Notes under the pieces: generated by a model
Database searches by the model: none
What the model was told of the DNA's origin: nothing
The model's input: the letters and a program-made list of their open reading frames with translations, nothing else
Program-made: the position numbers and the translations under genes
Assembly: GCA_963778555.1 (NCBI GenBank)
Contig: CAVZUR010000001.1
Location: forward strand, 1 to 60,142
Length of the DNA: 60,142 nt
From: Candidatus Moraniibacteriota bacterium
GTDB lineage: Bacteria > Patescibacteriota > Minisyncoccia > Moranbacterales > UBA1568
Reading direction: 5' to 3'
Part shown: in pieces, positions 28,463-37,363 of the stretch
How positions within the stretch are numbered: position 1 is the stretch's first letter
Layout of the letters: each line of letters opens with the position of its first letter

Positions 28463-28903
28463 TTACTCGACGACGAGCTTACCGAATTGGCCCTTGGCTT
28501 TGTGACCGGGCTTCGAACAGTAATAGGTAAATTCACCCGTTTTGTCGGCCTTGAATTCGATGACGACTTCCTGATTGAGCGGCAACTCGGTCTTCACCCC
28601 GAACTCATCGAGCGTGAAGTCATGCATACCCTTGGTGTTGGTCGCCTTGACGCGGACGGTGTCGCCTTTCTTCACCCGCATTTCCTTGAGTGAGTACCAG
28701 ACACCCGTCTCATCATAGAAGGCGGTGGTGGTGAACTCCTTCACTGGCCCGGTCATTTTCTCTGAGGTGACACTTTTTGGCGCCGCGGTATTCACCGTTT
28801 TGTCCATAGGGTCGGCAGGGGCTACTGCTTTATCGGTTCGGAGGAACATGTAGCCAGCGATTGCCACAATGACGACCAGCACTACTCCAATCAACTTTCC
28901 CAT
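28463..28903 (-). CDS. Membrane-anchored cupredoxin (plastocyanin/azurin-like copper protein)
   Basis: N-terminal TM helix. MHDF...YYCSKPGHKAKGQFG supplies a His/Cys/His ligand pattern. Confidence 0.7.
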   Translation of the reverse strand: MGKLIGVVLVVIVAIAGYMFLRTDKAVAPADPMDKTVNTAAPKSVTSEKMTGPVKEFTTTAFYDETGVWYSLKEMRVKKGDTVRVKATNTKGMHDFTLDEFGVKTELPLNQEVVIEFKADKTGEFTYYCSKPGHKAKGQFGKLVVE

Positions 28904-29197
28904 AGGTTTGAGGGTTAATGATATATCTGCCCACTCCAGCAGTAATCCAGTATACGGTATTTTGAGGACTTATCAAAGCCTGTCTGTCGGCCCGATGGGT
29001 CAGCGCCAGCGATGTCTTTGCCAAAAGTGGTGGGTCGGGCTCTGTCGACGCCTTTGTATCGACGGGATCGGCCCATACGGTTGTAAGAAATCGATGGGCG
29101 TGTCCGACATAGCTTTGAGACCCTGTGGAGGGGTGGAATTGAATCAGTATCAGACCACCTTATCTAGCGAGATGTAATTTGAATAACGACAGTTCCC

Positions 29198-29914
29198 ATG
29201 AGCACGTTCGCGACCGCAGCCCAATCACGCTTCTTCACGGGAGCATTTATTTTTGTCCTCTTTGGTGCCTTCGCACTTTTCGGCAGTTCACAGAGTGTTT
29301 CTGCCAAGGGGAGCATTGACTTGGTGAACGCGACGGTTTCTCTCCCGCCAGTCTACTCGATCACCCCGGTTGGTGCCGTTATGGAAGGCTCTACCCTCAC
29401 GCTCACTGGACGGGCGGCGATTACCAATTTCGCTGGCCGAGAAGACGAGCAATTCATGAAGTTTTCATGGGGTGATGGGACAACCGAGATCGTGAAGGCC
29501 ATGTCCATTCCCAGTTATTACAAAAGCTCGAAGAATATCACTCTTTCAGCCTGGAATAAATCGCATATCTATGCGAAGCCGGAAATCGCCTTCACCGTGA
29601 CTGTCACGCTGTATCACGGGTCAAGCAAGGGGAGCGAATCATATCCGAAAGAACTCGCACGGTCCGTACTCCAGACCGAAAACATGGAATCTGGATGCTT
29701 GGACGGGATTGATAATGATCGCGATAACACGAAAGACTTGGCGGATGCGGATTGCGAGCAATTCCAGAAAGTTGAGAATTCACTTGAGTTGTGTGGCGAT
29801 GGCTTTGACAACGACTACTCAGGCACAGCAGATCTGACTGATCCAAACTGCGCCCCATTTATCCCGACGGAAGCGGACGAGGCCTCCTGTTCGGATGGCA
29901 TCGATAACAACTGA
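29198..29914 (+). CDS. Secreted Cys-rich repeat protein (CxDGxDNDxDxxxDxxDxxC repeats), fragment 1
   Basis: Signal peptide, then repeats such as CLDGIDNDRDNTKDLADADC. The stop at 29912 is created by a missing T relative to the next repeat copy. Confidence 0.75.
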   Translation: MSTFATAAQSRFFTGAFIFVLFGAFALFGSSQSVSAKGSIDLVNATVSLPPVYSITPVGAVMEGSTLTLTGRAAITNFAGREDEQFMKFSWGDGTTEIVKAMSIPSYYKSSKNITLSAWNKSHIYAKPEIAFTVTVTLYHGSSKGSESYPKELARSVLQTENMESGCLDGIDNDRDNTKDLADADCEQFQKVENSLELCGDGFDNDYSGTADLTDPNCAPFIPTEADEASCSDGIDNN

Positions 29915-30390
29915 ATGGCAGTATCAACCTGGAGGACCCGAACTGTGCGCTCTTCATCCCTACGGAAGATTACGCTGCTGTCTGTGCTGATGGCATCGAC
30001 AACAACTTGAATGACCATATCGATCTCGCTGATCCGAACTGCGCCCCGTTCATTCCAACCGAGGCTGCTGCAGAAACTTGCACTGATGGTATTGATAACG
30101 ATTTGGACGGGAGTGTTGATCTCTTAGACATTGACTGTGCTCTGTTCCGGATTATCGAGGAGGAAAGCACGGTAGAACTCTGCACTGACGGTCTCGATAA
30201 TGATTATGATTCATATAAAGACGGAGCGGACATCAGCTGTGTAGGCCTGACACCGCTCGAAAATTCTGAGGTTACCTGCAATGATGGCGACGATAATGAT
30301 TTTGACGGCCATCGTGATTGGACCGATAGCGATTGTGCAGCATTTGTAATTGCGTATCCAGTCGGGTTATTATTGCTTCCTTTTTCCTGA
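29914..30390 (+). CDS. Same Cys-rich repeat protein, fragment 2
   Basis: Continues NGSINLEDPNCALF, CADGIDNNLNDHIDLADPNC, CTDGIDNDLDGSVDLLDIDC, and so on. Confidence 0.7.
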   Translation, partial: NGSINLEDPNCALFIPTEDYAAVCADGIDNNLNDHIDLADPNCAPFIPTEAAAETCTDGIDNDLDGSVDLLDIDCALFRIIEEESTVELCTDGLDNDYDSYKDGADISCVGLTPLENSEVTCNDGDDNDFDGHRDWTDSDCAAFVIAYPVGLLLLPFS

Positions 30391-30455
30391 AGTTAGCAAA
30401 TGGATTTGCGGATGGCATGCGGGGTACTAAACAGCGGTAACTGGTGGTAGAAGAA

Positions 30456-30482
30456 AGCAGCCTCTCGAGGCTGCTTATTTTC
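30456..30482 (+). terminator. Intrinsic terminator
   Basis: AGCAGCCTC / GAGGCTGCT hairpin followed by TATTTTC. Confidence 0.75.
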
Positions 30483-30592
30483 TGATCAGAGTAGAAGCGC
30501 ATGCGTTCCATGCATGCTTGACAGATGCTGGTTCAGGACCGTTGTGTGACTTACATTTCTTGAAAAACTGGTATCATGGAGAAAACAGAACT

Positions 30593-32485
30593 ATGCACAT
30601 ACCACAATGGTTTTCGAGGTTGGGACTTTCCGGTAGGCATCCGCAGCGTTATCATGTGGCAGCGCTGGTTTTGGCACTGATAGCCATGAGCGTCGTTGCG
30701 ACGGCCAGTTTGGCCCAAGAGACGATTTCAGGTACGAATACAACAACTGGCACATCTTCACCGACCGCTTGTGCGTACAGTTATAGCGATTGGGGAGCCT
30801 GCCAGTCGAACAACCAGCGTTCTCGTGCGGTGACGGGTACGTCGCCGGCGGGCTGTGTCCAAGTGAACGCACCAGTACTCCAGGAGGCTTGCAACTATAC
30901 AGCCCCGACTTCTACCACGACCACGAATACGGCAGCGGCAATCTCTTGTAGCTACACTTATTCGAGCTGGGGTGCCTGCCAATCGAATAACCAGCAGTCG
31001 CGGACAGTCGTCTCTGTCTCGCCGACCGGTTGCAGTACCGCCGGGACCCAGCCCGAGCTGACGCGCAGCTGTACGTATCAGAGTCCGACGACGTCGACGG
31101 CCATCCAATGCGTGTACAGCTACTCCACTTGGGGAGCCTGCCAAGCCAGCGGGAAGCGTGTCCGCACGCTCTCGTACAAGTCGCCGGCAGGTTGCGCGGA
31201 ATATGTCGGTCCCGTACTCGAGCAAAGCTGCGTATATGATACAGCCGTCGGAACAGCAGTTTCGACATCACCGACCGAAACCGCGACCGCGCAGACAACC
31301 ACTGCGAGTACGAATGCGGTGACACCAGTGTTCGCATTCTCGAATATCCCCGAAGGCATGACGATTCGGGGCACGATCGATATTCGAGGAACAGTCCAGA
31401 GCGCGCTCGGCGTGGAGTATTTCCTGGTCCCGACCGGATCCAACACATATAAGTACATCGGCAGCGCGGCGCGGGTCACCGATTCGCAGTGGAATCTTCA
31501 TTTCCGCTCACAGGATTTCCCGAATGGCGAATTCTATCTGCGTGCCAAGGTGAGGAATATCTACGGCGAATATGGCAGTGGCCAACGCCGGATCAGCATT
31601 GCCAACGAGGGGCAGACGACGGTGGTCACGCCAGGCGATGAGATTGCTGCACTCGAAGCCAAGGATGTGGAACGGAAAGCAACCTTGCAGCAGATGGAAA
31701 CGGAGCTCCAGATACCGAAGATTGAAGCTTCAGATCTGGAATCCGAAAGTCCTGATCAGCAGAAGAAGCGCATTTTTGACTACTGCCAATCCAATTCCAC
31801 GAAATGTTTCCCAGAGCGCGATAGCGACAAGGATGGCCTGAGCGATGTCGATGAGATCCGCTATGGTACCGACCCGAAGGGCGCCGATAGTGACCTCGAT
31901 GGATTCATTGACGGCGATGAGGTGAAAAGCGGCTTCGACCCGATGAAGTATTCACCTGGCGACCAAAGCGATCGCATTGTCTTTGAGGATCCAAAGACGA
32001 CTGGCGAGGTGAAGGAAAAGGTATACGCGGTCCAGAATGTGGCGTTGGAAAAAACCGAAACGGGTGGCCAGAAGATGAGGCTCTCCGGCAAAGGGCTGCC
32101 GAACAGCTTCGTCACAATCTATGTCTACAGTGATCCGATTGTGCTGACGGTCAAAACGGACAGCGAAGGGAATTGGACCTATGAGCTCGACAAAGAGATC
32201 GAAGATGGTGAACATGCGGCGTATGTTGCGATAACGGACAACACGGGGAAAATCACGGCCAAAAGCGAGCCACTCGCATTTATCAAAACGGCGCAAGCGG
32301 TCACGGTCATTCCTGCTGCTCAGGCAGCCACTGCAGAGACGCTGCCGGTGACCAAGAATCGTACCCAGCGCGACCTACTCCTGTTAGCTTCGATTATCAT
32401 CGCGGCGGTAGCGATCGCCTTGGCAGTCATCGGACTGACGAAGCACCGGCATGATGCCGCGAAAGCGGGGATGCTTCGTCTGTAA
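30593..32485 (+). CDS. Cell-surface protein with three TSP1-like Cys repeats, an Ig-like region, thrombospondin type-3 (Ca-binding) repeats and a C-terminal TM anchor
   Basis: GGAGAAAA Shine-Dalgarno before the ATG at 30593, then a signal peptide. CxYxYSxWGACQ...R.R...SPxGC occurs three times. DSDKDGLSDVDEIRYGTDPKGADSDLDGFIDGDE. Confidence 0.8.
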   Translation: MHIPQWFSRLGLSGRHPQRYHVAALVLALIAMSVVATASLAQETISGTNTTTGTSSPTACAYSYSDWGACQSNNQRSRAVTGTSPAGCVQVNAPVLQEACNYTAPTSTTTTNTAAAISCSYTYSSWGACQSNNQQSRTVVSVSPTGCSTAGTQPELTRSCTYQSPTTSTAIQCVYSYSTWGACQASGKRVRTLSYKSPAGCAEYVGPVLEQSCVYDTAVGTAVSTSPTETATAQTTTASTNAVTPVFAFSNIPEGMTIRGTIDIRGTVQSALGVEYFLVPTGSNTYKYIGSAARVTDSQWNLHFRSQDFPNGEFYLRAKVRNIYGEYGSGQRRISIANEGQTTVVTPGDEIAALEAKDVERKATLQQMETELQIPKIEASDLESESPDQQKKRIFDYCQSNSTKCFPERDSDKDGLSDVDEIRYGTDPKGADSDLDGFIDGDEVKSGFDPMKYSPGDQSDRIVFEDPKTTGEVKEKVYAVQNVALEKTETGGQKMRLSGKGLPNSFVTIYVYSDPIVLTVKTDSEGNWTYELDKEIEDGEHAAYVAITDNTGKITAKSEPLAFIKTAQAVTVIPAAQAATAETLPVTKNRTQRDLLLLASIIIAAVAIALAVIGLTKHRHDAAKAGMLRL

Positions 32486-32497
32486 CCTGATTGAGAC

Positions 32498-33838
32498 ATG
32501 AAAAATCTGCTGCTCAGCGGACTCGCGTTCATCCGGGAGTATCCGCGCATCATCTACTCACTCATATTGTTGGTGTTCGTGCCGGCCGCTTTCTTCTTTA
32601 ATACGCACAGCCTGATTTCCGGCATGGAGCAGGATATCGACCGTATCACGCAGCGCAAAGCGGTGCTCGCTGAGAAGATCATTAACGCGACCGTTTCCGA
32701 GCACCTGGCGAACCGAGAGCGCTTGCAGGCGACGGTTGACCGAATTGCCCGGGAGAGTGGCGAAATCCGCTCGCTCAGCATCTTGTGGCCGGGAGATGAC
32801 CCGAGCCGTTTCCAGGTGATCGCCTCTAGTATCCCCGAAACGCTGGATCAGACGACAGAAGATATCCAGTACCTCCTGGCCTGGAACAAGCCGGAAGGGA
32901 TCGCTTTTCTGGAGAGCGATGCGGACGGCCGCTATTGGCGCATCACTCGACTGCTCAACGATGCGACGGGCGCTAAGGCAGGATTAATCGCGATGACCTT
33001 CTCCCTGCGCGATTCTGATGCCCTGATTAGCAAGACCGTTGATCACTCATATCTCGTCCTGATTATCACGGTCATTGTGGTTATCCTGCTGGTCTCGAAC
33101 CAGGCTCGGTTGTTCGGCTATGTTCTCACCTTGAACAAGCTCAAAGAAGTCGATGCGATGAAAGATAACCTCGTGTCGATGGCGAGCCATGAGCTGCGTT
33201 CTCCACTGACCGCTATCCGGGGCTATTTGGATCTGCTCGATGAGAAACAGGGGAGTTTTGATGAGGAAGCGAAGAAATACTTCGCGAATATCTCAGCGTC
33301 CGTCAATCGGCTCAATACGCTTGTCAAAGACATGCTCGAAGTCTCGCGTCTCGAAGGCAATCGTATACCACTCGAGCTTACGCCGTTCCAGCCTGGTCCG
33401 ATCATCACTCAAACGGTTGAGGAATTGCGTTCGCAGGCAATCCAGAAAGGGCTGGAATTGAACGTCCTCACGATGGAAGTCGCAACAATCCGTGCTGACG
33501 AAGCTCGGATGCGGGAGATACTTGTGAATCTCATCGGGAACGCGATTAAGTACACGCCGGCCGGCTCCGTGACGGTTAGCACTGCGATAAAGGGGAGTCA
33601 GTATCTCGTGACGGTTGCCGATACAGGGTTCGGCATCTCGGCCGAGGACCAGAAAAAGCTCTTTCAGAAATTCGCTCGTATCCAGAATGACCAGACCCAA
33701 GGTATCAGCGGAACAGGGCTTGGTCTCTGGATTACGCTGGAATTGGCCGAACGGATGGGAGGGACCATTACTGTCGAAAGCATCGAAGGGGTTGGCTCGC
33801 ATTTCACGCTTCACCTCCCGCTGGCCAAAGGGGCTTAG
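32498..33838 (+). CDS. Sensor histidine kinase
   Basis: Two TM segments, H-box SHELRSPLTAIRGYLDLL, N/G boxes LIGNAIKYTP and GTGLGLWI. Confidence 0.9.
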   Translation: MKNLLLSGLAFIREYPRIIYSLILLVFVPAAFFFNTHSLISGMEQDIDRITQRKAVLAEKIINATVSEHLANRERLQATVDRIARESGEIRSLSILWPGDDPSRFQVIASSIPETLDQTTEDIQYLLAWNKPEGIAFLESDADGRYWRITRLLNDATGAKAGLIAMTFSLRDSDALISKTVDHSYLVLIITVIVVILLVSNQARLFGYVLTLNKLKEVDAMKDNLVSMASHELRSPLTAIRGYLDLLDEKQGSFDEEAKKYFANISASVNRLNTLVKDMLEVSRLEGNRIPLELTPFQPGPIITQTVEELRSQAIQKGLELNVLTMEVATIRADEARMREILVNLIGNAIKYTPAGSVTVSTAIKGSQYLVTVADTGFGISAEDQKKLFQKFARIQNDQTQGISGTGLGLWITLELAERMGGTITVESIEGVGSHFTLHLPLAKGA

Positions 33839-33866
33839 GGGCCGCCTCTCTCCTTGTGGCTCAAAG

Positions 33867-33895
33867 AAAACACCCCCCAGTCTGGGGGGTGTTTT
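33867..33895. terminator. Bidirectional terminator between convergent genes
   Basis: AAAACACCCCCC agtct GGGGGGTGTTTT. Confidence 0.85.
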
Positions 33896-33911
33896 CCACT
33901 CGGGAATCGGC

Positions 33912-34166
33912 CTATGAGAGGTGCTTGGAGACGAGTTTCGTCATCTCGAACATGTTCACCACTTCCTTGCCACCGAAGACAGCCTTGAGGGCCTCGTCAG
34001 CGTTGATGTTGCGCTTGTTCTCCGGGTCCTGGAGATTCTTGCTCTTGATGTAGACCCAGAGCTGCTTCACCACTTCCGATCGGGGCATCGGCCCAGCGCC
34101 TACTACGACTGCGAGTTCCGGGCTGATTTTCATCGGCTTCATGAACGCAGAATTGCTCGTCGCCAT
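33912..34166 (-). CDS. SWIB/MDM2 domain protein
   Basis: 84 aa, PSPELAVVVG..MPRSEVVKQLWVYIKSKNLQDPENKRNINADEALKAVFG. Confidence 0.85.
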   Translation of the reverse strand: MATSNSAFMKPMKISPELAVVVGAGPMPRSEVVKQLWVYIKSKNLQDPENKRNINADEALKAVFGGKEVVNMFEMTKLVSKHLS

Positions 34167-34288
34167 AATTTCCTGCTTACGGGTTACGGCTCCTATTATA
34201 CACCTTTTCCAGAAAAAAAGGGTTTTTGGGCCATTTTAGGCGATTCGGTATGATAGAGTGAAAGCAATAATCACTTGACTCAGAGCGT

Positions 34289-34693
34289 ATGAGCGTCGAC
34301 GAGCGGATCATCATCAATGATATGGCGGGGGACAGCCAGATGGACTTTATTATCCAGGAAGCGGCCAAGCGCGGCGCGTCCGATATCCACATCGATCCCT
34401 TGCCGAACGAAGTTCTCATCCGTTTCCGTATCGACGGCGTCCTCCGCGAAGCGAACCGATTCCCGCGGGAGTACCTCGATCATGTCATCAACCAGCTCAA
34501 GGTCTTGAGTAATCTGGAGATTGGGACGGTCCGCCTGCCGGAGGACGGTCATTTTTCCGCTCGGCTCAGCGAGAACGGCACGGCGACGGATCGGACTGCT
34601 CGATGTTCGGGTGTCGATCTTTCCGAGCGTGAATGGCGCCGCGGCAGTACTCCGGCTTCTCAATCGTTCCGATATGCTCATCTCGCTGGATGA
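34289..34693 (+). CDS. GspE/PilB-family secretion ATPase, N-terminal fragment
   Basis: ASDIHIDP...IRFRIDGVL. Frame is lost near 34570. Confidence 0.8.
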   Translation: MSVDERIIINDMAGDSQMDFIIQEAAKRGASDIHIDPLPNEVLIRFRIDGVLREANRFPREYLDHVINQLKVLSNLEIGTVRLPEDGHFSARLSENGTATDRTARCSGVDLSEREWRRGSTPASQSFRYAHLAG

Positions 34694-35486
34694 GATATTT
34701 TCCGATGAGAAACTTCGTGCCAAGGTGCGCGAAATGTCGCTCTCGAGCTATGGCATGGTGCTCACTACCGGTCCGACTGGTTCCGGCAAGACCACCTCAC
34801 TATATGCGATGCTCATGGAGACGAATCGCCAAGAGCGGAATATCCTTACACTTGAGGATCCAGTCGAGATGTATTTCGAGGATATGCGCCAGAGCCAGAT
34901 CCATCCCGATATCGGCTTCACGTTCGCAAAAGGCATGAAAAGTATTCTCCGTCAGGATCCGGACGTGATTATGATCGGCGAAATCCGTGATGCTGAGACT
35001 GCCGAGTATGCGGTCCAGGCATCGCTGACCGGCCGGCTCGTTTATTCGACACTGCATGCCAATACTACGATTGGCGCTATCGCCCGGATGATCGATATGG
35101 ATATCGAGCGTGGCCTTATCGCCTACGCGGTGCGCGGTATCATATCGCAGCGGCTGGTTCGAAAGATTTGCGTTAGCTGTGGCGCAGCCGATCCAAACCC
35201 GCGGCCGGAGTTCGTCGCTTTTCTCGGTCTCGATGGAATGATTATCCCGTACCGCAAGGGCGTTGGTTGTAACGAGTGTGATGGAACCGGCTATCGCGGC
35301 CGGGCCGGTATCTTCGAGGTGTTGACCTTTGACGATAACCTGCGCGCCATGATTGTCGACAAAGCATCCATGAATGATCTCCAGGCCTATGCGGTCCAGT
35401 CGGGTATGGAAACGCTTCGTCAGAATGCCATCAGCGCGGTTTCCGCTGGACTGACGACAATCGAAGAAATTGTTCGCGTCGTGTAG
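34521..35486 (+). CDS. GspE/PilB-family secretion ATPase, main part
   Basis: Walker A GPTGSGKTT, Asp box, Walker B DPDVIMIGEIRD, His box TLHAN, and a CxxC...CxxC tetracysteine motif. Confidence 0.9.
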   Translation: MGRSACRRTVIFPLGSARTARRRIGLLDVRVSIFPSVNGAAAVLRLLNRSDMLISLDEIFSDEKLRAKVREMSLSSYGMVLTTGPTGSGKTTSLYAMLMETNRQERNILTLEDPVEMYFEDMRQSQIHPDIGFTFAKGMKSILRQDPDVIMIGEIRDAETAEYAVQASLTGRLVYSTLHANTTIGAIARMIDMDIERGLIAYAVRGIISQRLVRKICVSCGAADPNPRPEFVAFLGLDGMIIPYRKGVGCNECDGTGYRGRAGIFEVLTFDDNLRAMIVDKASMNDLQAYAVQSGMETLRQNAISAVSAGLTTIEEIVRVV

Positions 35487-35538
35487 TGGTCCCGAGACGG
35501 AGTTTCGATCCCCGTGCGCGTGCTAAAATAGGGTAGTT

Positions 35539-36906
35539 ATGCTTCCGCTCCGTACTTCTCCCCAACTGAAATGGGTGGCCCGGCTCCATTTTTGGATCAT
35601 GTTTTTTTCGTTTTTCCTCTATCTCGGGTTGGGATTCTCTCTCGGGCCGGAATTCCTCTATCAGGATATCCGGAAGAAATTTTTTGCTTTTGCGGATGAT
35701 ACAATCGTCATCACCGCTACGGTACCCGGCCCACCCGCCACACCGATCGTAACAGCGACACCGACATGCGTGGCAGGTGCAGCGCGAATCCTCCTCGACT
35801 GGGCGAATGATACCGGCACAACAACCTGGGACATCGAGCGCGACAGCCTGCCACTTACGACGGGGCTGACCTTGTCCCAATATACGGATACGGCGGTCGT
35901 CGCCAATACGAGCTACAGCTATGTCGTCACGGCCAATGGCCCGATGTCGCCTGGCATTGCAGTGTCAACAACCGTTTCAGCGACGACGCTCGATTGTTCC
36001 ATTGTTACGCCGGTCACGGTCCGGATCGAAACGCTCGGGGGGAAAAATGTAGCAGACGCACGGGACAATACCGATCTCTCCAAGCGTCGCCCCAAGGTGA
36101 CCGGGACGAGCAATACCCCCTACGCCATCATCGATATTGAAATCACGAACCCGACGCTTCGGGCCCGTATCAACGCCAACGCCAACGGATATTTTGAGTG
36201 GATCCCGCCGATTGGCATCGACACCGGAAATCATATTCTCACCGTGATCGCAACCGATCCGGCCGACAGCAGTCGGACAGGGACCGATAGTTTTATCTTT
36301 TGGACCAAGAACGTCAGCGGAGCGGGGAATGAAGATACGAGCCGGGCTGTGGCGGGCGTCGGAAGTCGGGGCGCTGAGCGAATCGACTTCAGCGTGAGGG
36401 TGAATAATCCGGACAAACGGGTCTTCCAAGAAGAAAAACTTTCGGCGAGCCTGTTCAGAGAGAGTGGTTCGTTTCCATCTGGTACGACGGCCGACATATT
36501 CCTCAATGATCCGAGCCGACAGGATGTGTTTCGGCTCACCGACCGGCTCGAGATCGGTAATCAGGCGGGAACGACGGTTGAACAGATTCTGCCGCTTTAT
36601 CTCGAGCCGGGCGATTATCGGGTGCGGGCCGATGTCACGCTCGGCACGGAGACGATCAGCCGTGAAGACGCCTTTGTGCTGCAAGGGCTCCCATTCCTTT
36701 CCATTGCCGGACACGAGATCACCTATACTGAGGCTGCGAGCTATATCGGTTTTCTCTTCTTCTCACTCCTTTTCCTCTTCCTGTTTTTTCTTCTCCTCTT
36801 TGTCCGGGAGTATTGGCTCTACCTCCACAGCCTGCGGGCGATCACAGAGTATCATCTCATGCGTCTCGGCCTCCTCGGCCGGCGTAGAAAGGGGGTGATC
36901 CGATGA
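35539..36906 (+). CDS. Hypothetical bitopic protein with FN3/Ig-like domains, TM helices at both ends
   Basis: N-terminal TM helix, FN3-like LLDWANDTGTTTWDIERD...YSYVVTANG, Big-like repeat, and a C-terminal Leu/Phe TM helix. Confidence 0.6.
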   Translation: MLPLRTSPQLKWVARLHFWIMFFSFFLYLGLGFSLGPEFLYQDIRKKFFAFADDTIVITATVPGPPATPIVTATPTCVAGAARILLDWANDTGTTTWDIERDSLPLTTGLTLSQYTDTAVVANTSYSYVVTANGPMSPGIAVSTTVSATTLDCSIVTPVTVRIETLGGKNVADARDNTDLSKRRPKVTGTSNTPYAIIDIEITNPTLRARINANANGYFEWIPPIGIDTGNHILTVIATDPADSSRTGTDSFIFWTKNVSGAGNEDTSRAVAGVGSRGAERIDFSVRVNNPDKRVFQEEKLSASLFRESGSFPSGTTADIFLNDPSRQDVFRLTDRLEIGNQAGTTVEQILPLYLEPGDYRVRADVTLGTETISREDAFVLQGLPFLSIAGHEITYTEAASYIGFLFFSLLFLFLFFLLLFVREYWLYLHSLRAITEYHLMRLGLLGRRRKGVIR

Positions 36907-37241
36907 ATACTGATTTTCTTTTCCTGTTCGTATCGTTCCTGACGGTGACGTCGCTCCTCCTCTCGCTCGTGTTTGTCATCGGTATCGTCTGGCGAGTGGA
37001 GCTGGAACTCGACCTCTCTTTCAAATTCCTGTCGCTGGCGGTCGTTTTTCTTCTGGTGGCGGAGATCCTCGACCTCTTACCGTCGACTCAATCCGAACCG
37101 TGGTGGCAGTTTGCACTACCAGTCGTTCGGCTGCTGGTAGCGACCAACCTCTTGCTCGGGCTCTTCTTCATGCGCGACCTCATCCGACGGATGGACGGAG
37201 AGAAAGACTCTTCGCCAGATGCAGCGACAAACGAAAACTAA
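36903..37241 (+). CDS. Small membrane protein
   Basis: 112 aa with 3 TM helices. Start overlaps the upstream stop (ATGA). Confidence 0.55.
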   Translation: MNTDFLFLFVSFLTVTSLLLSLVFVIGIVWRVELELDLSFKFLSLAVVFLLVAEILDLLPSTQSEPWWQFALPVVRLLVATNLLLGLFFMRDLIRRMDGEKDSSPDAATNEN

Positions 37242-37363
37242 CCCTCAGTGAGGAGGGCGTGCAGGTATGATCGAGGCGATTCAAACCGAGTCGCCTCTTG
37301 ATTTTCTAGGAATATGTGGTAGTCTATCGCCATTCATCCCACCCCAACAACTTTGGAGGCGTC

